Assembly: GCA_963764885.1 (NCBI GenBank)
Contig: CAVXUH010000009.1
Location: 331,850-395,849, forward strand
Direction: 5' to 3'
Source of the DNA: Candidatus Aminicenantes bacterium
GTDB lineage: Bacteria; Acidobacteriota; Aminicenantia; Aminicenantales; UBA8522
Length of the DNA stretch: 64,000 nt
Positions 12,525-22,380 of this stretch are shown here, piece after piece (positions within the stretch are counted from its first letter, which is position 1; every line of letters starts with the position of its first letter). The notes under the pieces were generated by a model that saw only the letters and a list, made by a program, of their open reading frames with translations, had not been told where the DNA came from and made no database searches. A program made the position numbers and the translations under genes.

Positions 12525-12677
12525 TCACTTGATCCGGAAGAGGCGCAAAAGAAACAGCGCCAGGACCAGGACGACCGAGGCCTGGGCCCAAACTCTTTTC
12601 TCGCGGAAAAGATACCAGATGAGATGCCCGGTGAGGTAGGCGACGATCAGCTGGTAGACGGATCGCATCACGTTCAT
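12525..12677 (-). CDS. unannotated 50-aa two-helix small membrane protein
   Basis: ATG directly follows the permease stop (taaATG); translation MNVMRSVYQLIVAYLTGHLIWYLFREKRVWAQASVVLVLALFLLRLFRIK; stop 2 nt before the hydrolase ATG; below ORF-track size cutoff. Confidence 0.25.
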   Translation of the reverse strand: MNVMRSVYQLIVAYLTGHLIWYLFREKRVWAQASVVLVLALFLLRLFRIK

Positions 12678-13947
12678 TTATATCAGCTTGTCGATGAGCG
12701 GCGCCAGGACGAGGACGGCGATGCCGACCGCGAGCTGCAGGAGCGCCGGGACCAGGCAGTGGCGCAGGATCCCGAAGAGCTTTTTCTCGCCCACGACCTG
12801 GGCCGCGAACCGGACGGAGACCGCGGCCGGCGGGACGAGGTCGCCGAGGCCGGCGATGGCCGAAAGCGAGGCCGAAGTCAGCAGGGCGTTTCGGCTGACC
12901 AGGGCCAGCATGAAAGGAATGCCCAGGATCGACGCCGATCCGAAGGTGGACACGCCGCCGAAGGCCGGCAGGCTCAGGGCGATCCCGAGATACAGGAGAA
13001 ACGACGGCAGCGAGAGGATGGAGACGACCGTCCAGCCCCGCGCCCCGGTGAGCGTCATCACCTGGATGAACATGCCCACGCCGGCCAGGATGGCCAGGAT
13101 CGGCATCGACTCCTCGACCGCCTTCTGGGTCACCTTGAGGAAATTGGCCGGCCGTCCGGAGACCAGCCCGGCCAGGCTCGCCGCGAGAAAGGCGGCCGGG
13201 ATGCCGATGTCCGGGACCCGGCCCCCGGTCGCGCCCGGCGCGGCCATCAGGAAAAGGAGCACGGCGAACGGAATGATCAGACGCAGGCGGTAGTCGGGCC
13301 AGATCGACGGGCGGAACGATGGCCAGCATCTCCTCCCGCCCGATCACCCTGAGGTGCCGGAAGCCGATGATGAGCGGCACCGCCACCGCCAGAGGGACGA
13401 CGATGATGAGGAGAGGGACGGTGACGCCGACGTAAGGCATGTCGACGCCGCTGCCCATGATCATGACCAGGATGTTGACGGGCGGGGCGATCATGCCCAG
13501 GATGCCGCCCATGGCGACGAGCGCGCCCGTCTTGAGGCGCGGCAGGCCGAGCTTCATCATCACCGGGGCGATGATCGGGCCCGTGCTCAGGATGGCCGAG
13601 ACCGAGGAGCCCGTCAGCATCCCCGGGAACATCAGGATGAACATGACCGCCAGGAGCAGCAGGACCCGGTTCCGGTAGAAGGCCTTGAGGATGCCGGCCG
13701 CGGCGCTGTCCAGGATGCCCGAGGCCTCGAGGACCTTGATGAAGATCGTCGCCGTGATGATGATCAGGATGGTGTCGAAGTAGCCGAACCCGCCCTCGAT
13801 GAGGTGGCGGACGCTCACCCCTTTTCCGGCGAGGAGCGAACCGGCGACCGCCGCCAGCGCCAGCGCGATGCCGATCGGGAACCGGGCGGCCATGGCCAAG
13901 CCGGCGAAGACCGCCACCATCACGACGAAGGTCAGCCACTCCGGCAT
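12678..13947 (-). CDS. GntP-like / IT-superfamily secondary transporter permease, one apparent frameshift
   Basis: N-terminal part MPEWLTFVVMVAVFAGLAMA...IEGGFGYFDTILIIITATIFIKVLEASGILDSAAAGILKAF in ORF 11353..13947; C-terminal part in ORF 12678..13262; about 423 aa. Confidence 0.45.
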
Positions 13948-13950
13948 GTT

Positions 13951-14514
13951 TTATTTAAAGGCTTGTCGAAGCGGCGTTTGAGCTTCGGCTGTTTTCTCCA
14001 CTTCGATGAGCGGGATCTTGCCGGCCTGGCAGATCTTCGTGAAAAACCCGTCGGCGTTTCCCGACCTGACGACGATGACCAGCCGGGCATGAGGCAGGAC
14101 CTTGGCCATAAGGTCGTCGGTCTGCTCGCCCCGCCTCCCCTCGCCGCCGAGATGAAGGCAGAGGATGGGGAGATTGTTTCGGACGGCCGCGGCGACGAGC
14201 TCGTCGACCCGCTTGTTCTCCTTGTCCATGTCCAGCCCGGCGGCGCCCAGGCCCTTAAGGCTCGCCCCGAGAACGAGGGCGAGCGATTTCATGCCGGCCA
14301 GGTCCTTCGGCTCGGCGAGCTTCGACAGCGTATAGCTCAGCCCGGCCCGCTTGGCCAGGACCGCGGCGATCTGCACCTCGGCGTTCTGGCCTGCGGACGT
14401 GATGAGGAGCGGCTGTTCGAACGGCGCCGCGGCCTCTTGACATCCGAGCGGCGGGGGAGTGAGGATGAAGATCCCGATCGCGACTAGCGGCACCCAAATA
14501 ATGAGGTTTTTCAT
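13951..14514 (-). CDS. hypothetical lipoprotein (signal peptide + LGC lipobox)
   Basis: MKNLIIWVPLVAIGIFILTPPPLGCQEA...; no family recognised. Confidence 0.4.
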   Translation of the reverse strand: MKNLIIWVPLVAIGIFILTPPPLGCQEAAAPFEQPLLITSAGQNAEVQIAAVLAKRAGLSYTLSKLAEPKDLAGMKSLALVLGASLKGLGAAGLDMDKENKRVDELVAAAVRNNLPILCLHLGGEGRRGEQTDDLMAKVLPHARLVIVVRSGNADGFFTKICQAGKIPLIEVEKTAEAQTPLRQAFK

Positions 14515-14670
14515 GTCGTATCTCTCATCCGGTCATCTCAGCGACGGTTGGCCCGTCGTCTTAGTATCGTGGTTTCTCGCCGTCTTGGCAAGCCGACCCG
14601 TCACCCTCGCCCCGACCCTGTCCGATCAGGGCCGATGGAGAGAGACGAGCGGCTGGGCTTGGCCGGCGTG

Positions 14671-16428
14671 TCAATAGCCCGCCCCCGAGCCGTCACGGCG
14701 AGAGTCGGCGCCCCCGGAGAGAGTCTGCCGGTCCCGGGAGATCATGATCCCCTGCGCGCCGCCGAAGTACTTGTCATAGGGCTCGCGCAGCTTGACCTCT
14801 TGCCCCCATTTCCTGAGCCCCTCGACCGTCGCCCCGGAGATCCTCGATTCGACCTCGACCGGCCGGGGCGCGCCGCCGACGGAAAAGGAGAAGAAGCGGG
14901 GCGCCTCGATGGCCGCGTCGAGGGACATCCCGAACTCGGTCACGTTGAGGACGATCTGGCCGAGGGACGAGAAGATACGCGTCCCGCCGGGAGAGCCGAG
15001 CGCCAGGAACGGCCGGCCGCCGCGGAACATGATCAGCGGGCCCATCGAGCTCAGCGGCCGGCGGCCCGGTCCGGGCGCGTTGGGGGACTCCGGGTCGGCC
15101 GCGAAGTCGTCCATGTGGTCGTTGAGCAGGAAACCCGTGCCGCGGGGAACGATCCCCGTCCCGAAAAAGTCGTTGATCGATTGGGTCAGCGAGACGACGT
15201 TGCCCGCGGGGTCGACGACACATAGGTGCGTCGTGTTGGCCGCGTCGCCGGGTCTCGGCCCGAACGACCCGGGAGGGTAGGCCCCGGCTGACTTCCCCGG
15301 CGCGATGCGGGCGGCGATCGAGGCCGCGTATTTTTTGGACAGGAGCTCCTCGACCGGAATAGTGGTGAAGTCCGGGTCGCCGAGGTACCGCGCCCGGTCG
15401 GCGAAGACGAAGCGCAGCGCCTCGCTCAGGTGATGGATCTCCGCCGCCGAATTCTGGCCCCATTTCCGGAGCGGCCAGTTCTCGGCGATGTTCAAGAGCT
15501 CGATCAGGTGGAGACCCCCCGAGGCCGGCGGCGGCGCCGTGGCTATTGAATATTCCCTGTATTTTCCTGCGAGGGGCGCGACCTCGACCGCGCGGTAGGA
15601 AGCCAGGTCCTCGAGCGTCATGATCCCGCCGTGGGCCCGGACCGCGTCCACGATCTTCCGCGCGATCCCGCCGGTGTAGAACTCGGCCGCCCCCTTGGCG
15701 GCCAGCGTCCGGAAGGTGGCGGCCAGCTCCGGGTTGCGGAGCCGCTCGCCGGGCGTGTAGGGGAGGCCCTGGTTGAGATAGCAGCTATCCTCGCCGGCGT
15801 TACGGGTCAGCTTTTCGAATTCGTCGTTATTGATCTCGCTGAAGGTGGCGCTGACCTCGAACCCGCCTTCGGCGAGGTCGATGGCCGGCCGGGCCGCCTG
15901 GGCGAGGGAGAGCGTGCCGTATTTTTTGAGGGCCAGCTCCCAGCCCGCCGGCGCTCCGGGGACGGCGACCGCCAGCCCCGTCGACGTGCGCCAGCGCCGC
16001 GCCTCCTCGCCCTTCTCCAGGAACATGGCCGGGGTCGAGGCGGCGGGCGCCTTCTCGCGGTAGTTGATGACGGTCGTCCGGTTCTGGGCGGCGAGATAGA
16101 TGACCATGAATCCGCCGCCGCCGATCCCGGAGGCGAACGGCTCGGCCGCGTTCAGGGCGAAGGCGACGGCCACGGCCGCGTCCACCGCGTTACCGCCGGC
16201 TTTGAGAACCGAAACCCCGGCTTCGACGGCCAGGGGATGGGCGGCGACGACCATGGCCCGCCGGGCGACGTAATTGAACGGGGCGTGCCGGTCGCCCGTG
16301 GGCCCCGGCCCGCCCTCCGTCCGCGGCGGCGCCGGCCGGCAGGCGGCCAGGAGGATGGCCGCCGAGGCCAAGAGCGGCAGGCCAACACGGCGGGCCCCGG
16401 CGGCCGCCATCCGGCTAAGTCGGGTCAA
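14671..16428 (-). CDS. ggt: gamma-glutamyltranspeptidase, probable lipoprotein
   Basis: 585 aa; N-terminal LLAAC lipobox; GGT motifs THLCVVDPAGNVVSLTQSINDFFGTG and GSPGGTRIFSS. Confidence 0.85.
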   Translation of the reverse strand: MTRLSRMAAAGARRVGLPLLASAAILLAACRPAPPRTEGGPGPTGDRHAPFNYVARRAMVVAAHPLAVEAGVSVLKAGGNAVDAAVAVAFALNAAEPFASGIGGGGFMVIYLAAQNRTTVINYREKAPAASTPAMFLEKGEEARRWRTSTGLAVAVPGAPAGWELALKKYGTLSLAQAARPAIDLAEGGFEVSATFSEINNDEFEKLTRNAGEDSCYLNQGLPYTPGERLRNPELAATFRTLAAKGAAEFYTGGIARKIVDAVRAHGGIMTLEDLASYRAVEVAPLAGKYREYSIATAPPPASGGLHLIELLNIAENWPLRKWGQNSAAEIHHLSEALRFVFADRARYLGDPDFTTIPVEELLSKKYAASIAARIAPGKSAGAYPPGSFGPRPGDAANTTHLCVVDPAGNVVSLTQSINDFFGTGIVPRGTGFLLNDHMDDFAADPESPNAPGPGRRPLSSMGPLIMFRGGRPFLALGSPGGTRIFSSLGQIVLNVTEFGMSLDAAIEAPRFFSFSVGGAPRPVEVESRISGATVEGLRKWGQEVKLREPYDKYFGGAQGIMISRDRQTLSGGADSRRDGSGAGY

Positions 16429-16966
16429 CGGTCTTGTCCTCGCCCAGTATCTTGGCGATCTCCTCCTCGGTCGGCAGCTCGTCCAGGCTGTTCAGCCCGA
16501 AGTAGGCCAGGAACCTGTCGGTCGTGCGGTAGACGAGCGGGTTCCCCGGCGCCTTTTTCCGCCCGACGATCTTGACCAGCTTTTTTTGGAGGAGCGACTT
16601 GATGGTGTACGAGGAATCCACGTTCCGCAGAGCGGAAACCTCCGCGAGGGTGATGGGCTGATGATAGGCGACGATCGACAGCGTCTCCAGGGCGGCCGCC
16701 GAGAGCCGGCTCTTGCGGTCGATCTTGAGGAGCCGCCGCACATAGGCGTCGAACTCGGGCCGGGTGACAAACACCCAGCCTCCGCCCGTCTGGGAGAGCT
16801 GGATGCCCCGGCCGGGGGCGGCGTAATCCGCCTGGAGCTCCCCGGCCGCCTGCTCGACTTCCTCGGCAGGGAAATCGCTCAACACCTCCTTGACCTTATC
16901 GAGGGTGAGCGGCTCGAGCGACATGAAGATGAGGGCCTCGATTGTCTCTTTCAATCCGGGTGTCAT
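16415..16966 (-). CDS. scpB: segregation and condensation protein B
   Basis: 183 aa; LEALIFMSLEPLTLDKV...ETLSIVAYHQPITLAEVSALR. Confidence 0.85.
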   Translation of the reverse strand: MTPGLKETIEALIFMSLEPLTLDKVKEVLSDFPAEEVEQAAGELQADYAAPGRGIQLSQTGGGWVFVTRPEFDAYVRRLLKIDRKSRLSAAALETLSIVAYHQPITLAEVSALRNVDSSYTIKSLLQKKLVKIVGRKKAPGNPLVYRTTDRFLAYFGLNSLDELPTEEEIAKILGEDKTVDPT

Positions 16967-17724
16967 GCTTCGCTCCTGGCCGGGTGGTCCTTCCGGAGCC
17001 AGACTTTGATGGTGTGAAACAGCCGCTCCTGGACCGCCATCACCAGCCGGGCCTTGATGAGCTCAAGCAGGCTGAAGAAGGAAACGATCGCCTCCTCGAG
17101 CGATTCCCGGGCATTGAAATAATCCAGGAAATCGATGACCGACTGCCTCTCGATCTCCGCGACGATCTTGCCCATCTCTTCTTCCAGGGAGTAATTCTTG
17201 CCCCGAACGACCGTGAAGTTCTCGCCTTCCTTTCTCTTCATCAGGACGAAAAACGTCTCGGCCAAGTCAAAAAGAGAGACCTCGACAAGCTCCGACTCTT
17301 CGGCCTCGGGCAGGGGCGGGAGGGCCTCCCGGGTCCAGAGGCTGAGCTGCTCGTCCTCTTTCTCCTTGAGCAGGGAGCAGGCCGCCTTGATCTTCTGGAA
17401 TTCCACGAGCTGATCGACCAGGAAGCGGCGCGGGTCATCGCCCCCGGCCAGCGGCTCTTCCCGCGGCAGGAGCATCTGGGACTTGATGTGGATGAGGAGG
17501 GCCGCCATCAGGACGAACTCGGCCTCGCGGTCGAGGTTGATCCCTTCTTTCCGGTCGAGATACTGGAGGTACTCGCGGGTGATGACGGCGATCGGGATGT
17601 TATGGATATCGATCTTTTTTTTGCGGATGAGGAAAAGGAGCAGGTCGAGCGGTCCCTCGAAGACCTCGAGGCGGACCTGGTAGCTGTCCGAGGCTGGGGC
17701 TGAGGTCTCCATCGGTTCCGCCAC
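16963..17724 (-). CDS. scpA: segregation and condensation protein A
   Basis: 253 aa; YQVRLEVFEGPLDLLLFLIRKKKIDIHNIPIAVITREYLQYL. Confidence 0.8.
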   Translation of the reverse strand: MAEPMETSAPASDSYQVRLEVFEGPLDLLLFLIRKKKIDIHNIPIAVITREYLQYLDRKEGINLDREAEFVLMAALLIHIKSQMLLPREEPLAGGDDPRRFLVDQLVEFQKIKAACSLLKEKEDEQLSLWTREALPPLPEAEESELVEVSLFDLAETFFVLMKRKEGENFTVVRGKNYSLEEEMGKIVAEIERQSVIDFLDYFNARESLEEAIVSFFSLLELIKARLVMAVQERLFHTIKVWLRKDHPARSEA

Positions 17725-17731
17725 GGCTCTC

Positions 17732-18724
17732 CTAGAAACCGAGCGCTGCCCGCACCTCGTCCATGGTCGCCCGGGCGATCACCCGGGCCCGCCGGTTCCC
17801 CTCGTCGAGGATTTCCCAGACCCGCGAGGGATCCCTCTCGAGCTCCGCCCGCCTCTCCCAGTACGGGCCGAGAAGCTCGATCAGGCGCTTGATGACGACG
17901 GCCTTGCATTCCAGGCAGCCGATGCCGGCGGTCCGGCATCCCCGGGCCAGCTCCTCGCGTGCCGCCTTTTCCACGAAGGCCGCGTGGAGCGTGAAGGCCG
18001 GGCAGGCCGCCGGCTCGCCCGGGTCGGCGCGGCGCTTCCGCTTGGTGTCGGTGACCATCGTCGAGATCTTCTGGCGGATCGCTTCCGGCGTGTCCTTGAG
18101 ATAAACGGCGTTGCCGAAGGACTTGCTCATCTTCCGGCCGTCGGTCCCGGCGAGGCGCGGCGTCTCTGTGAGCAGCATCTGCGGCTCGGGAAAGACCTCG
18201 CCGCTCAAACGGTTGAACCGCCGGCAGATCTCGCGGGCCAGCTCCAGGTGGGCCGCCTGGTCCTCGCCCACGGGCACGATCTCCCCCTTGTAGAGGAGGA
18301 TGTCGGCGGTCTGGAGGACAGGGTAGCCGAGATAGCCGTAGGTGTTGAGGTCCTTGTCCTCCATTTCCTTCTGCATGTCCTTGAAGGTCGGGACTCGCTC
18401 CACCCAGGGGAGGGGCGTGACCATGGAGAGGAGGAGGTGAAGCTCGGCGTGCTCCTTGACCTCGGACTGGACGAAGATGATGCACTTGGCGGGGTCCAGG
18501 CCGACGCTCAGGAGGTCGATGGCCATCTCCTGGGTATAGCCCTTGATGACCTTGGAGTTCTGGTACTCGGAGCTCAGTGCGTGCCAAGTGACGATCGAAT
18601 AGACGCAGCTGTATTTGTCCTGCAGGGTCAGCCAGTTGCGCATGGCGCCGGCGAAGTTGCCCAGGTGGGCCGGCCCCGTGGGACGGATGCCGCTGAAGAC
18701 TGTTTTTTTTCGGGCTGTGTTCAT
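17732..18724 (-). CDS. trpS: tryptophan--tRNA ligase
   Basis: 330 aa; VFSGIRPTGPAHLGNF, KMSKS motif. Confidence 0.9.
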   Translation of the reverse strand: MNTARKKTVFSGIRPTGPAHLGNFAGAMRNWLTLQDKYSCVYSIVTWHALSSEYQNSKVIKGYTQEMAIDLLSVGLDPAKCIIFVQSEVKEHAELHLLLSMVTPLPWVERVPTFKDMQKEMEDKDLNTYGYLGYPVLQTADILLYKGEIVPVGEDQAAHLELAREICRRFNRLSGEVFPEPQMLLTETPRLAGTDGRKMSKSFGNAVYLKDTPEAIRQKISTMVTDTKRKRRADPGEPAACPAFTLHAAFVEKAAREELARGCRTAGIGCLECKAVVIKRLIELLGPYWERRAELERDPSRVWEILDEGNRRARVIARATMDEVRAALGF

Positions 18725-18727
18725 GGC

Positions 18728-19407
18728 CTAGACGAAAATGATCCTGAGAATGAAGAGCTCGATCGGGCGGATGATCACTTGGAGAAGGCCCATGTAGATG
18801 AGCGCCACGACGATGATGAACCCGTACGGGCGGAGGCGGTCATAACGCTGGGCCGCTCCGTCCGGGAGCAGGCCCAGCAGAACGCCGCTGCCGTCGAGGG
18901 GCGGCACCGGGATGAGGTTGAAGACGGCGAGATAGGTGTTGATCTGGACCCCGAAGAAGAGGACCAGGACCAGCCCCTCGATGGGGTGGAAGCCGCGCGG
19001 CAGCGAGCCCCAGCCGCGGAGATAATTGCCCAGGAAGATCACGATCCCCGGCGAGATGAGCCGCAGGACGACGATCGAGATCAGGCAGGCGGCGGCCAGG
19101 CTCAGGTTGGCGGCCGGACCGGCCGCGGAGATCCAGAGGTTGTCCCGGCGGGGGTTCTTCAGGTTGAACGGGTTGACGGGCACGGGCTTGGCCCAGCCGA
19201 AGGGCGGCGCCCCGGCGATCACGAGGATCAGGGGCAGCAGGACGGTCCCGATCGGGTCGATATGGGCGGCGGGGTTAAGCGTCACCCGGCCCATGCTCTG
19301 CGCCGTAAAATCGCCGAACTTGGCCGCCGCCCAGCCGTGCGACGCCTCGTGGACGGTGATCGCGAACAGCAGGACGAACAGGCTGATGACCAGGGTGATG
19401 ACATTCA
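18728..19407 (-). CDS. site-2 protease family (M50) membrane metalloprotease
   Basis: HEASHGW (HExxH) in first TM helix, LDG motif; probable start MNVITLV at 19407 (ORF track extends to 19468). Confidence 0.7.
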
Positions 19408-19761
19408 TGGCGGTTCGAAACCCCTTTATAGCATAACGGTCAGCGATAATAAAGGGACGGCGGGGCATTCGAAGCCGCTCTTTTTATACAAGGCTTGGGA
19501 GCGTGGGGAGCGTGGCACGGCGTGTGCCTCCGGGGGATGAGGCGAAGGGACATGGCGAAGAAGGTCATCCGGAGGCGAGCGGGCATGGTTCCTCGAAGAG
19601 GAGAGCGAGCCGAGGACTAAGCGAATTTCCTCGCGGGGGAAATTCGCGGGCCTTCGAGCCCATGCCCCGAGCCTCTACGGGGGATCGCCGTGACAGGACC
19701 CCAATTCCCAATCCAACGATCACATAAACGGAGATTCTACCAGAGTTGCGGTCGCGCGGGC

Positions 19762-21168
19762 CTATAGGACCGGCAGGTACGTCTTGACCTCGTAGTCGCT
19801 GACCTGTTTTTCGTACTCCCCGGAGACGTTTTGGCTGTATTCGGCGATCTCGGTGCGCTTGTTGGCGATGAACGTCTGGAAGACGTGCCCTCCCAGCGTG
19901 TCCTCGAGCAACTGGCTCTTCTCCATGAGCCGGACAGCCTCCTCGAGGTGGCGGGGGAGGGTCCGGATCTCGAACTTCTTCTGCTTGGCGTTCGACATCC
20001 GGTAGATGTTCTCCTCGACCGGGTCGGGACAGGGAAGGCCTCCCCGGATGCCGGCCAGCCCGGCGGCCAGCATCGTGGCGAGCGCCAGGTAGATGTTGCA
20101 GGCCGGGTCGGGAGAGCGCAGCTCGAGGCGGGTGGCGGCCTCCTTGCCCGGTTGGTATTGGGGCACCCGGATGTAGGCGGAGCGGTTCTTCTGGCCCCAG
20201 GCGATGTACACCGGGGCCTCGTAACCCTCGATCAGCCGCTTATACGAGTTGACCCACTGGCTCAGGACGGCGGAGATGTCCCGGGCGTGGGTGATCAGCC
20301 CGCCCATGTAGGCAAAGGCGGTATCCGATAGATGGTACTTGTTCTCGTCCGAAAAAAAGACGTTCTTGCCGTCCTTCCACAGGGACTGGTGGACGTGCAT
20401 ACCGCTGCCGTTCTGGCCGTTGACGGGCTTGGGCATGAACGTGGCGTAGAGGTTGTGCATCCGCGCGACCCGTTTTACCATGTAGCGGAAGATCATGCAG
20501 ATGTCCGCCATGTCGATGGCGTTCAGATACCTGAGGTCGATCTCGTGCTGCCCGTGCGCCACCTCGTGATGATCGTACTCGGACAGGATCCCCATCTTCT
20601 TAAGGAGGAGCTGGATCTCCTTGCGGACCTCGCCGTACCGGCCGCCGAAGAAGTAACCGCCGCGGTCGCTGAAGCTCGTGTCCGTCTCGGAGGCGAAAAT
20701 GAAGAATTCGAGCTCGGGCCCGACCTTGAAGTCGTCGAAGCCGAACTCGTCGCGGGCGTTGGCCAGGGTCCGCTTAAGGATGTAACGGGTGTCCCCTTCG
20801 TAGTGACGGCCGTCGGGCGTGAGGATGTCACCGAACATGACGCCCTCCCGCCAGCGGACGTCCTCGGAGAATCCCTGGTACTCCCAGGGCAGGAGCCGGA
20901 AGGTCCGCGCCTCGGGCCGGATGACGAGGTCGCTTTCCTCGATGCGGACGAACCCTTCGACGGATGAGCCGTCAAACCCCTTGCCGTCGCGGAAGGCCAT
21001 CTCCAGCTCCTGGCTGGGCATCGAGAAGTCCATCGGCCGGCCGAGGATATCGGGAAACACCACCCGGACGAACTCAACCCTGTTGGCCGGGTTCAGGACA
21101 TAATCCAGGACCTCAGTCTCGGTATTGAACCCGAAACCCGGTTGTTGCGTGTGCGTTTCTTCAGGCAT
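19762..21168 (-). CDS. glnA: glutamine synthetase type I
   Basis: 468 aa; GS-I motifs (FDGSS, KPVNGQNGSGMHVHQSLW, NRSAYIRVP). Confidence 0.9.
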   Translation of the reverse strand: MPEETHTQQPGFGFNTETEVLDYVLNPANRVEFVRVVFPDILGRPMDFSMPSQELEMAFRDGKGFDGSSVEGFVRIEESDLVIRPEARTFRLLPWEYQGFSEDVRWREGVMFGDILTPDGRHYEGDTRYILKRTLANARDEFGFDDFKVGPELEFFIFASETDTSFSDRGGYFFGGRYGEVRKEIQLLLKKMGILSEYDHHEVAHGQHEIDLRYLNAIDMADICMIFRYMVKRVARMHNLYATFMPKPVNGQNGSGMHVHQSLWKDGKNVFFSDENKYHLSDTAFAYMGGLITHARDISAVLSQWVNSYKRLIEGYEAPVYIAWGQKNRSAYIRVPQYQPGKEAATRLELRSPDPACNIYLALATMLAAGLAGIRGGLPCPDPVEENIYRMSNAKQKKFEIRTLPRHLEEAVRLMEKSQLLEDTLGGHVFQTFIANKRTEIAEYSQNVSGEYEKQVSDYEVKTYLPVL

Positions 21169-21319
21169 GATTTTCTCCTTTCATGAAATGCAGCATTTAT
21201 GTTGAAAATCTACCATGAACATTGACAAATGTCAACAAATATGAAAACAAATAATTCATTTGATTTAAATTTATGTTATTATTGTTAATATCTTTGGTAA
21301 GAAAACATGGAGGGATGTC
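21169..21319. promoter_or_regulatory. AT-rich divergent promoter region for glnA (minus) and lrp (plus) with back-to-back -35 hexamers forming the palindrome TTGACAAATGTCAA
   Basis: Plus TTGACA at about 21224 and minus-strand TTGACA overlapping it; for glnA: TTGACA-17nt-TAGATT then RBS AAAGGAG before ATG. Confidence 0.45.
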
Positions 21320-21763
21320 GTGATCGATGAGCTCGAAAGGAAAATCATCAGGGAGATGAACCGCAACGCCCGGCTGAGCTTCCGCGAGATCGCCAAGGAG
21401 CTGGGGACCTCGCCGACGGCGGTCGTGAACAAGGTCAAGAAGCTGGAAACTGCGGGCGTCATCCGGGGCTATATCCCTCTTGTCCGGCAGGAATATTTTG
21501 GGTTTGAGCTGACCGCCATCATCGCCCTGCGCATCACCAAAGGGAAGCTCCTGGAGACCCAGCAGCGCATCAGCGAAGACCGGCGCGTGACGGCCGTCTA
21601 CGATGTCACGGGCGAGTGGGACTCGTTCGTTATCGGCCGGTTCCAGAGCCGGGACGACCTCAACGATTTCATCAAGGGCACCCTCTCCCTCCCCTTCGTC
21701 GACAGGACCATCACTCATCTCGTGCTCAACGTCGTCAAAGATGAGAAGCGGGTCCCCGTCTGA
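21320..21763 (+). CDS. lrp: Lrp/AsnC family transcriptional regulator
   Basis: 147 aa; N-terminal HTH (LDELERKIIREMNRNARLSFREIAKELGTSPTAVVNKVKKLE) plus RAM domain. Confidence 0.8.
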   Translation: MIDELERKIIREMNRNARLSFREIAKELGTSPTAVVNKVKKLETAGVIRGYIPLVRQEYFGFELTAIIALRITKGKLLETQQRISEDRRVTAVYDVTGEWDSFVIGRFQSRDDLNDFIKGTLSLPFVDRTITHLVLNVVKDEKRVPV

Positions 21764-21824
21764 AGCGCGGCTTGACAGTCCGGGCATTATCTCTTAACGT
21801 ATAAGGAACCTAGGAGAAACCCCC

Positions 21825-22268
21825 ATGGCCAAAGAGATACACGAGACGATCGGCCGTCACTATATCGCCGAAGCTTCCGGCTGCGACCCTAAGATCATCG
21901 GCAGCGTCGAAAAGGTCCAGCAGATACTCGTCAAGGCGGCCGAAGTCGCCGGCGCCCAGGTCTGGTCCATTTCCTTCAACCGGTTCCCGCCGAACGGCGT
22001 GAGCGGCGTGGTGGTCATCTCCGAGTCCCATATCTCGACCCACACCTGGCCCGAGTACGGCTATGTCGCTCTGGATATTTACACCTGCGGCAAACACGTC
22101 GACCCGGAAAAGGCCGTCGTCTTCGCCGTCGAGGCCTTCGGCTCGTCGACCTCGCACATCACCGAGATCACCCGCGGGATCGATGAGGGCGACTCCATCT
22201 ATTATCACAGCTTCGTCACCTGGGAAGAGGACTTCAAGAATTCCAGCTTGAAGAAGGTCGAAAAGTAG
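21825..22268 (+). CDS. speH: S-adenosylmethionine decarboxylase proenzyme (SpeH type)
   Basis: 147 aa; self-processing site VVVISESHISTHTWPE. Confidence 0.85.
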   Translation: MAKEIHETIGRHYIAEASGCDPKIIGSVEKVQQILVKAAEVAGAQVWSISFNRFPPNGVSGVVVISESHISTHTWPEYGYVALDIYTCGKHVDPEKAVVFAVEAFGSSTSHITEITRGIDEGDSIYYHSFVTWEEDFKNSSLKKVEK

Positions 22269-22380
22269 CGCTCCGCATCTTTCTGTAAACCTCCTTTACG
22301 CTCCGTCGCCCCCAGGCCGGCCCTTTCAGGCATGGCCGCGCTGGCACGAATTGTGCTATAGAGAATGGTATAATACGAAA

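Noticed and set aside
22341-22356. Possible sigma54 promoter (cTGGCACgaattgTGCt, GG-N10-GC spacing) upstream of the M1 aminopeptidase
   Set aside because: The -12 element deviates (TGTGC vs TTGCA) and an extended -10 sigma70 promoter (TGgTATAAT) is present just downstream; without a genome-wide sigma54 motif model this is not supportable.
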